DNA of 64,000 nt from a virus: the IMG/VR virus record IMGVR_UViG_3300014613_000001, positions 64,001 through 128,000 of that record, one strand, 5' to 3'. The notes beneath the pieces were generated by a model, which did no database searches, was not told where the DNA came from, and saw only the letters and a list, made by a program, of their open reading frames with translations. Shown piece by piece: positions 8,623 through 18,048 of this stretch. Positions within the stretch are counted from its first letter, which is position 1. Each line of letters starts with the position of its first letter. A program made the position numbers and the translations under genes.

Positions 8623-9086
8623 TTCTTTGTCTCCTCGAAGGGCTCAGATCCGCACTTCGAGCATACCGGGGGTTTACCAGAGAGCTCACCGCCGCACTTC
8701 GGACACTTGCCAGATTCGGAGGCATTCTTGATGAACGCCCCATTCTCGTCTGTTTCGTAGCCGTACTTTTCCATCTTCTTCCTCTTCATCTCTTCCTTGC
8801 TGATCGCCTCGGTCTTGAGCTTTCCCCGTCTCCGCCACCCGTAACATCGCTGCATAGAGACGTCCATCAGGCTGACTCGGACACCTCTTCTGGGCAGCGT
8901 GAAGACCCGTATGGCTGGGCGGAAGTTCGCGAATCCACGTATTCGCACCATCTCACCAGTGATCGTGGCGTCCATGATCTTGTGGAATGCGATCGTCAGC
9001 ACCTTTGTGATGATAGCCCGGTTGATATGTAGCCCGGACTTCTTCAGTTCGATCTGAACGTCTTTTACGAGACTTACCTTGTCCAC
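8619..9086 (-). CDS. HU/IHF-like DNA-binding protein with C-terminal zinc ribbon
   Basis: MDKVSLVKDV...I..A...GEMVRIRGFANF is the HU fold signature. C-terminus has CPKCGG...CSKCG. Confidence 0.7.
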   Translation of the reverse strand: MDKVSLVKDVQIELKKSGLHINRAIITKVLTIAFHKIMDATITGEMVRIRGFANFRPAIRVFTLPRRGVRVSLMDVSMQRCYGWRRRGKLKTEAISKEEMKRKKMEKYGYETDENGAFIKNASESGKCPKCGGELSGKPPVCSKCGSEPFEETKK

Positions 9087-9089
9087 CAG

Positions 9090-9323
9090 CTACTCCTTCT
9101 CCGCCCAATCCTTGAGCATTTCTTCAGGCAGGGGCATCGTCTCGATGAGTGGTACCTCCTCGATACAGAATGCCACGAAGTCGTGTTCATCCGGAGGGAT
9201 GTGCCTCTTGTAGTTTTCGAGGAGCTCTGGGTCGTATGCAGCGGCGACGGTTTCTCGGTACCGTTCATAGTAGTCGCCGTAATCTCCTTCCTGCTCTCCG
9301 ACCAACACGTACATAGCCCTCAT
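9090..9323 (-). CDS. Hypothetical small acidic protein
   Basis: 77-aa ORF with GAGG SD between polA and the HU-like gene. Confidence 0.6.
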   Translation of the reverse strand: MRAMYVLVGEQEGDYGDYYERYRETVAAAYDPELLENYKRHIPPDEHDFVAFCIEEVPLIETMPLPEEMLKDWAEKE

Positions 9324-9338
9324 TGAATTTTCCTCGCT

Positions 9339-9962
9339 TTACGCTTTTGCTGCATCCCAGTTGTCGCCGACTCCAGGAGGGGCCCGTAGTGGAACGCGAA
9401 GCGGCAGCCCGGGGTGCTCCATGTGATATCGGATGATCGGGCATGCCTCCTCTACGTTCTCGTCTGGTGCTTCGAACACCAGCTCGTCGTGAATCTGCAG
9501 GAGCAGGTGTACACCGAGTCGTCTGAGCTCTGGATCCTGAGAGCACCGGACCATAGCTATCATCACGATATCAGCGGCGGTGCCTTGTATTTTATGGTTC
9601 CTACCAGCTCTTTCGCCGTCGCGGGAGAGCTTACACTTAGGGCACCAACAGAGCTTCCTCCGTTTGGCCCGAGCTCTTTCGAGGTGTTCTTCACTGTCGT
9701 CCAAACTCATGGTGTCATAGAACCAACGCCGACGTCCGAGGATTGTAGCTACGAATTTGTTCCGCGCGAGTTGCTGGGTCATGTCGGTGATGAACGTTTC
9801 TGCTTCCGGGATGCCGGCGAAGAATTCTTTGATCTTGTCCTGCGCCATGAGCGTTGATTCGCGCATGACGGAGTCGTCACTCCAGTTCGGGTATTCTGCG
9901 CGGACCTGAGCTGGGTATCCGAGGTCAATCCCTAATGACCGTGCCGCTTTACCGTAAATCAG
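9339..9962 (-). CDS. polA: DNA polymerase I family (Pol A), exon 2
   Basis: Begins CTG ATT TAC GGT (LIYG, end of motif B). Contains GRRR, IQGTAAD and motif C LLLQIHDELVFE. Confidence 0.92.
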   Translation of the reverse strand: MIYGKAARSLGIDLGYPAQVRAEYPNWSDDSVMRESTLMAQDKIKEFFAGIPEAETFITDMTQQLARNKFVATILGRRRWFYDTMSLDDSEEHLERARAKRRKLCWCPKCKLSRDGERAGRNHKIQGTAADIVMIAMVRCSQDPELRRLGVHLLLQIHDELVFEAPDENVEEACPIIRYHMEHPGLPLRVPLRAPPGVGDNWDAAKA

Positions 9963-10239
9963 CAATTTCGTACACTTAGAACGTGCACTGTTCCCTTGTT
10001 TCCAAGGGCTCTGACTATCCCTTGACTCGTGGTTTGTGGCCTCCGCGAGTCCCCTCCGTGTCAACACTGCTTGCGGCATGACTAGCCCAGCCAATGAACA
10101 TGGCCACAGCGTTGAGTGGGCCCAGGATGGGCTACCACAAGTCGATACACCCTGGCTGGCGCCAGGACACGGGATTGCCTTATGCCGCAGCACTTAGGTT
10201 TCCCCGTTGAGAGGAGGGTTTCTCTTCGGCCTGATGTTG
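9963..10239 (-). ncRNA. Group I self-splicing intron (277 nt, no internal ORF; IA-like with P7.1/7.2 extension)
   Basis: The 5' exon ends in U (CUUCGGU) and pairs with IGS GCCGAAG (P1). AUCAG pairs with the 3' exon CUGAU (P10). P3 CCCUCC/GGAGGG, P4 ACGGG/CCCGU, P7 GACU/AGUC, P8 GACUCG/CGAGUC and P9 CCCUUG-GAAA-CAAGGG are present, with a terminal G. Removal restores KNIGFG-LIYG in frame. Confidence 0.93.
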
Positions 10240-11649
10240 ACCGAAGCCAATGTTCTTGATCGCGTCCCGGAGAGCCTTCAGGTATTTCTGCCGAGGTGTC
10301 CGCTGATCCCCCGGCGTCTTTTTGGCAGCTGCAACCTCGTCATATGGCTCGAGGTAGACCAGTTCGACGTTCGCGGTGTGGATGTCTCTGCCGCTTTTGG
10401 CAGCTTCGATGAGACCCTCGGCTCCGCTGAAATGCCCGAGGACGTACATCTCGAGCTGATCATAGTCGGCGACGATCAGCTTGTATCCTGGGGTGGCAAT
10501 GAACGCTTTTCGGATATCAAAAAGTGCAGAACCAGAACGAGTCTGATTTTGCAAATTCGGATCCGATGAGCTCAAACGTGCCGTGTCCGCGACATGCTGA
10601 TTGAAGGTTGTGTGGACGCGCCCGTTGACGGCCCGTGCCATCAGGCCGTCGATGTAGGTGCCAATGAGCTTGGACAAACCACGATGTTGAAGAATGAGGT
10701 CCGCGGCTTCGACGCCCTCGTCTCGAAGCTGCTTCAGCACCGACTTTTGTGTCGATGGCTTCTTTACGCCCGTCGAGCCTCCGGAGGTTTTCTTGATGGG
10801 TTCAATCTCGAGCTGATCAAACAAGAGACGAGCTAGCTGCGGGCCCGAGTTTGGGTTGATCTCCCAGCCGGCGATCTTGTTCAGCTTTGCCCCGATCTCG
10901 TTGATCTTTTGTTGCACACCGGGACGGATTTCAGAGAGGTAGTTCGTGTCCAGGAGAATCCCGCGCCGCTCCATCTCGAAGAGGACGCGTGTCATCGGTA
11001 CTTCCCAGCGTAGGAATACGTCCCAGAGCGTGTCTCCATACTCAGTCTCGATGAGCTGAAGGTGTCCAGCAAGTCGGTAGAAGAGTCGGAAGACGGCCCA
11101 GGCGTCCAGGCTCGCATAGTCGATAACGCGGTTAGGATCGCTCTCAAACCGCTCTAGAAGGATCTCGTACATCTCTTTGTTTTTTGGCTTGATCAACTTC
11201 CCCGTGGTTCCCTGCGGGTAGAATGTCTCCTTGAAGCCCATCATGATTTCGTTGAACTCTCTTGTGTATGCCTCTTTCAGTCCGTGCCCACGACCCGGGT
11301 CGATCAGTCGATCCATGGTCAGCGTGCACATGAGATCACCGCGAAGTTCGATACCGCAGTTCGCTAAGATGTTGGCGTCGTACTTGATCTGGCTTCCGAT
11401 CCATGCCTTTGTGGGGTCCTCGAGCACGGCTTTGAAGTTCCAAAGTCGATCTCGCTTCAAAAAGTAGCGGTCCTCGCCCGTAGAGAGCGACCAGAAGACG
11501 ACTCGGTCTCGAGCAATGTCGAGGCCTGTCGTCTCTGTGTCAACAGCGAGCAGGTCATGGTGTACCAAGAGCTCCTTCAGCCTGCTCTCTGCCCTGTCCG
11601 TATTGACGTATACTGGCACTGGCCTGTCTAATGTCCACTCTGCGTGCAC
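10240..11649 (-). CDS. polA: DNA polymerase I family (Pol A), exon 1 (3'-5' exonuclease plus polymerase N-terminal part)
   Basis: ExoI AVDTETTG, ExoII KYDANIL, ExoIII YASLDA, TARLSSSDPNLQN, motif A ADYDQLE and motif B start KNIGFG. 470 codons; the spliced product is 677 aa. Confidence 0.93.
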
Positions 11650-11668
11650 AGCTCCTCCGAGGGGGGTG

Positions 11669-11694
11669 CCCCACCCCGCCGAAACGGGGTGGGG
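11669..11694. promoter_or_regulatory. GC-rich 10-bp hairpin between SSB and polA
   Basis: CCCCACCCCG-ccgaaa-CGGGGTGGGG. There is no U-tract on the minus strand, so it may be a stabilising/processing stem rather than a terminator. Confidence 0.5.
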
Positions 11695-11712
11695 GCTTTG
11701 AGTCAGGTTGGT

Positions 11713-12795
11713 CTATCGCTCTTCGTGTCCTTGATCACTGCGACGTGCGCTGGTGTCGTTTTTGTTGAAGGGGTTTGGGATCTTGAACTTTTCCGCCTGC
11801 TCCTTGATGGAGACGATAGGGTAGATTCGTTCGATGTCCGCGGGGTCCATCAGGTGACGGACCCGCTCGAGCTCTGCTTTGGTCACGGGGCGGGACTTGG
11901 AGAATCCCAGTGAGGTGTTGACGCCTTCGCCGGAGCGGAACATCTCCATGACCGTGTTCCACATAGTGAGCGGACGCGGTTCACTGCAACTGTTGCACTC
12001 CGGTATCTCGTCCAGGTAGTCCGTCGTGTTGCACTTCGTGCAGGTGATCTCTCGATCTCTGAGATCGGCCAACCTCTCGTCGCTGATCTCTTCGTCTTCG
12101 AGGTTCACAAAGGTCTCGTGGCAGTGATGGCATTCGAAGCAGAACGGTTCGAGATCACCACCGCACTCGCACTGGGACGCGAGGGTCACGATGTCGTGAT
12201 TGGCGAGCTGCTCGACGAAGCTGGTACCGATCGGCCAATACACCGTCCGCCCGAACGTGATCTCTTTGCCGCTTCGGCAGTATGAGCAGCGACGTCCTTT
12301 GCACTGGATCAGCGACTTGTACGGCTTGCCGGTCTTCTCGCTCACCTTTTCGGACTCCACTTCGTGGAAGTCAGCGAGGAGCACGGCGTTGAAGATGTGC
12401 AGCTTTCGGGCGAAGCTGATCCCACCCTCTTTTCCGTTCTCGTTCGCAGAATGGCAGGGGACGCATGCTCCGTCACCGACGTCGATGACCTCTTCTCCGT
12501 TCTCGTAGTAGATAGCGAGGCCGGCCGAGCAGGTGAGGAACGTGTTGGCGGGCTTGGAGAAGTGTTGGAAAACCAGGCCGTATGGCCGCTCGATGACCTC
12601 ATCCCGGTTGTGCTCCGTGTCCAGGAGTGGGATGCGGTATTTCCCCTTGAAGAGGAGGATGGGGACCATGTGCTCCCCGGCCTTCGGTGGAGTCCACCGA
12701 TCACCAAAATTGGTACCACTACGCTTTCGCCCGCGTACTGATCCCTTTAGCTGACGTCCAGCTCGAACAGTTTTTCGTACTCTGTCCTCGTCCAT
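11713..12795 (-). CDS. T4 gp32-like single-stranded DNA-binding protein with extra zinc fingers
   Basis: QHF...TC...CVPC...RK...NAVL resembles the gp32 His/Cys3 Zn site and following strand. Located between primase and polymerase. Additional CxxC pairs occur in the C-terminal half. Confidence 0.6.
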   Translation of the reverse strand: MDEDRVRKTVRAGRQLKGSVRGRKRSGTNFGDRWTPPKAGEHMVPILLFKGKYRIPLLDTEHNRDEVIERPYGLVFQHFSKPANTFLTCSAGLAIYYENGEEVIDVGDGACVPCHSANENGKEGGISFARKLHIFNAVLLADFHEVESEKVSEKTGKPYKSLIQCKGRRCSYCRSGKEITFGRTVYWPIGTSFVEQLANHDIVTLASQCECGGDLEPFCFECHHCHETFVNLEDEEISDERLADLRDREITCTKCNTTDYLDEIPECNSCSEPRPLTMWNTVMEMFRSGEGVNTSLGFSKSRPVTKAELERVRHLMDPADIERIYPIVSIKEQAEKFKIPNPFNKNDTSARRSDQGHEER

Positions 12796-13811
12796 TGCAC
12801 ATACCTTACTTTCGACTCGATGATGTTTCTGAGTCCTGTGCGGTTCAAGTCTTCGAGCTCTTCTGCCCACGAGGGGTACTGTCCTACGTACACCTCGCGG
12901 GATTTGGAGAGCCACTTACCAATCTTCTCTGTCGCCGACACCCCGGCCGGATCGTTATCCAAAAGCAGGATGACGCACGAGGACGGGATGACGTGCAGCA
13001 CGCGGTGCTGCTCCTTCGTCATGTGGGACCCCATGAGGGCAACTGTGTTGGTGCAGCTGTTCTGGATCATCCAGATGCAGCCCTTGAACCCCTCCACGAT
13101 GATGAGGGGCTGTCGCCGTTTCCTGTGTTGAGCTTCCGCATAGACGCGGTAGCCGTTCCAGAGGTGGTGGTTCCCCAAGATGCTGTACTTAGGGTGGGCC
13201 TCGTCGAATTCTGGCCCATAATCCCCGGGGACGAACTCCCCTTTGTAGTCTCGATACCCTCCTGTGTACACCTTGTATCTCGGCGCATCTCCGCGAACCG
13301 TAGCCCGCCCAGAGTATCCGACGAGGTTCCCGTAGGTGTCTCGAATCGGGAACATGATTCTTTCATTACGACGGTCATAGCCGATATCGAGCTCGTGCAG
13401 CAGCTTTCGATCAAACCCCGCGCGCACAAGATCAAGCGGCGTCCAATCGAATATCCCAGTGATGGATTCCGGCAGGATGACCTCGCTGAGTCTGGGATCC
13501 TTGTGTGCATCAACGCGTTTTCGTCGTTGCCTTTTCCTTTCATAATTTTGCAGCTCGAGACGGACAGGCGCGGTCAACCTGTCGATGGTCTGTCGTCGAA
13601 GTCCGATCAGCCGTAGGAGTGTGGCAAGGTTACCGGACCTGTGACACCCATGACACATCCAGAGCCCGTTACGAACGTTGATGGCGAAGCTGGGGTCTCG
13701 GTCGTTATGGTCCGGTAGCGGGCAGCACGCGTAGACGTTGTCGCTGCCGCCAAGCCGCGCCTTCTCGAGGTATGGCTCGACCACGCTGAATACCGGGCCA
13801 AAGTCTCTCAT
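12747..13811 (-). CDS. dnaG: DnaG-type primase (CHC2 Zn finger plus TOPRIM)
   Basis: CCPLPDH.D..PSF.IN......CHGC, IIVEG and LLLDND..G. Confidence 0.9.
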   Translation of the reverse strand: MRDFGPVFSVVEPYLEKARLGGSDNVYACCPLPDHNDRDPSFAINVRNGLWMCHGCHRSGNLATLLRLIGLRRQTIDRLTAPVRLELQNYERKRQRRKRVDAHKDPRLSEVILPESITGIFDWTPLDLVRAGFDRKLLHELDIGYDRRNERIMFPIRDTYGNLVGYSGRATVRGDAPRYKVYTGGYRDYKGEFVPGDYGPEFDEAHPKYSILGNHHLWNGYRVYAEAQHRKRRQPLIIVEGFKGCIWMIQNSCTNTVALMGSHMTKEQHRVLHVIPSSCVILLLDNDPAGVSATEKIGKWLSKSREVYVGQYPSWAEELEDLNRTGLRNIIESKVRYVQWTRTEYEKLFELDVS

Positions 13812-16498
13812 TTGATCCTTTCCGGTGCGCTGATTTCTTCAGTTTGCACTTTGGCTGCTCTCTTCGCAGGCAGCTGGCGATCGTCTGGTCTGACTGATCG
13901 TTCTTGCCGAATTGGATTTAGACTCGATCGTCGAGTCCTGGGCGGCCCTGGCGCTGCCGGATCGGCTATGTCCCCCTTCACGATCTTTCCCTCCTCATCG
14001 AGCCAGGCGCGGACTCTCCATTTTGTGGAGAGTGTGACTTCCAAGATGAAGCCCCCGACCTGTGTCTCTCTCGAGGCGGCCATGTTGATCTTGAGCCGGG
14101 TTGAGATCCCGTCCTCACCCTTGCCCGCCTTCTTCACACGGTAGACTACGTCGGCTTCCTGCCCGACGGCATCCGCGTAGGCGATGTCGGCGACCTGCTC
14201 ATCCTCAGCTTTGTCTTCGTCCTCCTTCTTTCCGGGTCTGCTTCGTTGCGTGACGCCAATGACCGGTACATGCAGCGACGAGGATACTCCGCTGAGGTCC
14301 TGTACAATGTTGTACTGCGGCTCCCAACGAACCGATCGCTTTCCGGTCCTGTCGTCCTTCATCTTGTAGAAGGCATCCACGATGACGAAGTCCGCGCTGA
14401 ACTCGTCCATCTTCGCCATCAGGTGCGCGACACCGCCACCGTTGGGGTCGTCGTAGGCCGAGCAGAATTTTATGGCCCGACGTCGACCCGCGGTGGCGTC
14501 CATCTCCTCGTCTTTGCCCAGACGTCGAAGCGCGGCCTTGTAGTACTTCCAGTCCAGCTCGGATAGGTTGCCCTCCTTCAGCTCCGTGTAGCTGAGATTG
14601 AGCAGAGCACACGCGACTCGGTCTTCGAATAGAGCTGTGCTCATCTCGCAGGAATAGACGAGCACCCGACGATTCGCGTGCATGTAGGCGTGAGCAGCGA
14701 TCTTCGCGGCTACCCAGCTCTTCATAGAGTTCTTCACGATGAAGTTACTCACCACGAACATTGGGTGCCGATCGTCGTCCATGGTGATGTCCCAGCACCG
14801 CTTCGGTCCGAGACTCTCGATCGACGTGATGGGTTCCCACCTGATGTCCGAATCGGCCCACTCCAGAAGTTGTGGTGCGTCGAGGTGGCCAGCTAGAAGG
14901 CGCAGTAGGTGACGACTGATCTTTCCTGTCCGTCGGAACAGCTTTCCAACGGAAAATCCAGACCACAGACGCTTCCAAGGCCGGCTACCCTTGGCGGTGA
15001 GAATGGCATTCATGAGCTCATCGCTGTAGGGGATGCCGTCGTCTTGTCGTTTCTGAGTGACCCTGCTGCCCGCGAGACGTTGCAGCTGTAGCGACTTGTG
15101 TTGGCAGGCGAGATGGAGAGCCGTGTTTAGGATACGATGTTGCTCCTGGGAGTAGACATTCACGTACCAGGCTCGGGTACCGAGGTTGGTTCGGACCCTC
15201 TGCAGTACCCCTGTGACGCCGAATCGAAGGAGCAAGTGTTTGATGTCGGTTGCCAGGCTATAGCTCGCGGTCGACCAATAGATCTTGTTCCGTGCGACAC
15301 AGCCGTCGGTGTCAGTATAGCCCGATAGAAACTCGGCCACGATCCGATTGCTGCTCGAGAAGATGATGTCTGGCACTCGCTTCGCCGTCGATTTTTGCCC
15401 GTGGCAGCCGATCCGGCGTAGCCAATCTAGCACGGGGTTTGATCGGCCATTCCCGACGATCCTGTAGTGCATGGGCCTGTTGGCGCGAACTTGCGCACCC
15501 ATCGTGGCCGCGCAGTGTCTGAGCGATTCGATTACATCTTGATCTCCTTTGGTGAATTGCACCTCGTTCCGGGTGTAGTTTCCGTCTCCGACGAGCAGCC
15601 CGAGCAATCGTGCGTGCTCCTCCGGTATGTCCTTGGGCTCGGATGGTTCTGGGAGTTTTCGCGCTACGGCGACATGGTTACCTACCTGTAGCTTTGCCGC
15701 GGGCATGTAGGATAGGTTGGAGATCATCATTGGATGATCTTCTCCGACTTCAACGACATGTCCGCTGCGTGTTGTGATCCTGACAGCTTCCTTTGTTCCA
15801 GCGTAGGAGCCAGAGCACCCGCCCCAGTCGAGTCGCTGACCGCCCTTCAGGTACGCCAGCCGATCGGGGGGAGTCTCTATCGGACACAGGATTCCGGTGT
15901 CGGCCAGCACCTCTTGGCCCTCTACCACGCACTTCGGCCTGCCAAAGATGATGATGAAGTCTTCGGTCTGGATGCCCTGAGTTACATCGTTCAGCTCTTC
16001 CCACGGATACGGGATGCCGAGGATGTGCTCCTTGTCCCTTCGCATCCGTGCGCGTTCGATGATGTCCTCGGCGTCTTCGGCTAAGATCTTGTCCGAGCTA
16101 TTCGGGGTCATCTTCTGGAGCTGAATCGTGGCGCTTCGGAGGGTGTCGAGTGCTTTTTCCGGCTCGTCGGCGTCATTGAGGTCTAGAGCTTCGTCAATGG
16201 AGTCGAAGAGCGCCTGCCTTAGCGCAGCTCGTCGTACCTGGACGCAGAGCTCTTGGATGGTCTCCTGAACCTTGTTGAGCACGAACCCGGGGAACCTGGC
16301 GGCCATCCATCGTGCGGAAGGCACGCGTCCGTAGTGCTCTCGATGGTGGTAGTACTGATGGATGTCCTGGAACATGTCCTTCGCGACGGGGTTTCGCAGG
16401 ACATTGTGCCCAACGCCGCTAGACAGGACGGTGCGAAGATCGCTGGTCTCGACAATCTTTGAGATCAGGTCCAGCTCGATCATGTCGTCAGGGGGCAT
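13808..16498 (-). CDS. dnaB: DnaB-like replicative helicase interrupted by an intein in Walker A
   Basis: Spliced Walker A IIFGRPK|SMKSW, YSCEM, FVIVD and IAYADA..QEAD. Mature protein about 495 aa. Confidence 0.9.
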   Translation of the reverse strand: MPPDDMIELDLISKIVETSDLRTVLSSGVGHNVLRNPVAKDMFQDIHQYYHHREHYGRVPSARWMAARFPGFVLNKVQETIQELCVQVRRAALRQALFDSIDEALDLNDADEPEKALDTLRSATIQLQKMTPNSSDKILAEDAEDIIERARMRRDKEHILGIPYPWEELNDVTQGIQTEDFIIIFGRPKCVVEGQEVLADTGILCPIETPPDRLAYLKGGQRLDWGGCSGSYAGTKEAVRITTRSGHVVEVGEDHPMMISNLSYMPAAKLQVGNHVAVARKLPEPSEPKDIPEEHARLLGLLVGDGNYTRNEVQFTKGDQDVIESLRHCAATMGAQVRANRPMHYRIVGNGRSNPVLDWLRRIGCHGQKSTAKRVPDIIFSSSNRIVAEFLSGYTDTDGCVARNKIYWSTASYSLATDIKHLLLRFGVTGVLQRVRTNLGTRAWYVNVYSQEQHRILNTALHLACQHKSLQLQRLAGSRVTQKRQDDGIPYSDELMNAILTAKGSRPWKRLWSGFSVGKLFRRTGKISRHLLRLLAGHLDAPQLLEWADSDIRWEPITSIESLGPKRCWDITMDDDRHPMFVVSNFIVKNSMKSWVAAKIAAHAYMHANRRVLVYSCEMSTALFEDRVACALLNLSYTELKEGNLSELDWKYYKAALRRLGKDEEMDATAGRRRAIKFCSAYDDPNGGGVAHLMAKMDEFSADFVIVDAFYKMKDDRTGKRSVRWEPQYNIVQDLSGVSSSLHVPVIGVTQRSRPGKKEDEDKAEDEQVADIAYADAVGQEADVVYRVKKAGKGEDGISTRLKINMAASRETQVGGFILEVTLSTKWRVRAWLDEEGKIVKGDIADPAAPGPPRTRRSSLNPIRQERSVRPDDRQLPAKRAAKVQTEEISAPERIK
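14729..15931 (-). mobile_element. Intein with LAGLIDADG homing endonuclease (401 aa)
   Basis: Starts C(VVEGQEV), block B TRSGH..EV..DHP, LLGLLVGDG and FLSGYTDTDG motifs, ends FVVSNFIVKN followed by Ser. Confidence 0.93.
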
Positions 16499-16503
16499 GT
16501 ACC

Positions 16504-16779
16504 CTACCTCTCACAGAGTCTGGTCCTGATGATCTGTGACTTGTTGAGCAGGGACGCCTTTCCGTTGTTGTCTCTGATTTTCAGGGTGTACTTTGACACC
16601 TTGATGAGAACCCCGTAAACAGTCCAGCTCGGGTGCAGAACAATTTCGATCTCTTTTCCAATCCACTCTTTGTAGTCATCCTCGTTATCTTTTCCGTTGC
16701 TCTTGACCTTTCTGTTTTTCGGCGGACTCAATTGTCGCTTGATGCGCCGTAGTGTGTCATCATCTGTAGGCTCTGCCAT
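16504..16779 (-). CDS. Hfq/LSm-like RNA-binding protein
   Basis: GKEIEIVL...TVYGVLIKVSKYTLKI......SLLNKSQI fits the Sm1/Sm2 pattern (compare Hfq V.I.L..G..L.G.I..FD.Y.ILL......VYKHAI). Confidence 0.55.
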   Translation of the reverse strand: MAEPTDDDTLRRIKRQLSPPKNRKVKSNGKDNEDDYKEWIGKEIEIVLHPSWTVYGVLIKVSKYTLKIRDNNGKASLLNKSQIIRTRLCER

Positions 16780-16878
16780 GTTACCTCGGGGAACAGCTAT
16801 GGTAACCCATCTCAATAGGGAACCCAATTGCACACCAGATGTAGTGTGTGCACTGGTCTTGGCCTACTACGAGGTGTG

Positions 16879-18048
16879 TTAGGCCGCCTGTTGGAACGCC
16901 TGTTGGAACGCATGCAGCATGTAGGATCCCCCGAGCTCTTCGAGGTCATGCTGCCGTTCGGGGTTATCTCGAAGTGCGACGCCTGTTCTGGTGATCGCTT
17001 GAAGGACACCGTAAGCCGTATTGACCGGCTCCTCGTCGAAGGCGCGGATCACAGCATTTTGGACGTACTTGGGTTGAGCGCGCAGGAACTGTCGAATTTC
17101 AGTGGCTGGATCAGCGATCATCACGTCGTGGATGAGCTCGGTTTGTCCGGCGATGATCTCTTCTCGGATAGGAAGCTCGAGCCACATTTGTCGAAGAAGC
17201 CTCTCGAGCTCCCCATCCTCCATCGGTGTGTGCTTGCGATAGAGCAGCCGGTCACCGGGGACGTCGATCACCATCCCATTGGTACAGACGAGTCGGTGCA
17301 GGAACATCGCGGCCCCGATGGATCGTGATCCGACTTCACTGTTCCAGCATTTGAACCCGCCGAGCACCTCATCTCCTTTTTCATGGAGGATGGGGAGGTT
17401 CGTTGGTTTGTTCTTGACGAAGGTGAGGAAGGTCGTCGCCTCTGTCCGGCGATTGTAAGTCACCGAGTACTCCTCCATGGCGGATCCACCGGTCTTTTGC
17501 ATCGCCTCGAGCAGCTCAACATCACGGATCTCGGCGTACTTCGGTCCGACGATTCCGCGAAGGATACCGTCGACACCGATTTGCGGCTTCTTCTTCTCCT
17601 GATCATTGAGCTGGCGGGCTACAATTTTGACGATGAGCTCCTCGTCGTCCTTTCGGGCGCGTAGGTGGGGGGTCAGAGTTTGTTGAATGAGCTTGGGATC
17701 GCTCATGATGGGGCCGAGGAACTTCGGGACCTTGATCCCGATTTTAGCTCCTACCTGCCCCATGGAGTGGCTGTTCATCTTGAGGTTGCCGAAGCCGGGC
17801 ACGTATACCGTGCCGTTGGCCCACCAGCGCCATGACGACATGTGAGAGCACGCCCACGGGTGGTCCGAGTGCGGAAGTCCACGATCTTTGGATGCGATAT
17901 GCTGTGGCGTAATACGCAGGCTGTCGAACTGATGCGCCGTCTCAAGCACTGTGTCAAAGCTGGTCAGCTTCGTCGTCGGCCAGTCTTCCCAGTTCATCTG
18001 TAGGCGTGATGAGTCCGATTGGGTGTTGCTCGTCGTTTGTTCGTCCAT
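16879..18048 (-). CDS. DUF932-family protein
   Basis: WNSEVGSRS......HRLVCTNGM matches the DUF932 NS.DG...R.VC.NG signature. Confidence 0.7.
   Translation of the reverse strand: MDEQTTSNTQSDSSRLQMNWEDWPTTKLTSFDTVLETAHQFDSLRITPQHIASKDRGLPHSDHPWACSHMSSWRWWANGTVYVPGFGNLKMNSHSMGQVGAKIGIKVPKFLGPIMSDPKLIQQTLTPHLRARKDDEELIVKIVARQLNDQEKKKPQIGVDGILRGIVGPKYAEIRDVELLEAMQKTGGSAMEEYSVTYNRRTEATTFLTFVKNKPTNLPILHEKGDEVLGGFKCWNSEVGSRSIGAAMFLHRLVCTNGMVIDVPGDRLLYRKHTPMEDGELERLLRQMWLELPIREEIIAGQTELIHDVMIADPATEIRQFLRAQPKYVQNAVIRAFDEEPVNTAYGVLQAITRTGVALRDNPERQHDLEELGGSYMLHAFQQAFQQAA

Noticed and set aside
9963-10193. N-terminal 77 aa of ORF 9339..10193 as part of a separate protein
   Set aside because: This sequence is group I intron RNA; the coding part starts at 9962.
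14399-14413. Partial self-match of CRISPR spacer 4 (13/15 nt, minus strand, in dnaB)
   Set aside because: The match stops after 15 nt and is expected by chance in GC-rich coding DNA. No full self-target was seen by eye, though an exhaustive search was not possible.
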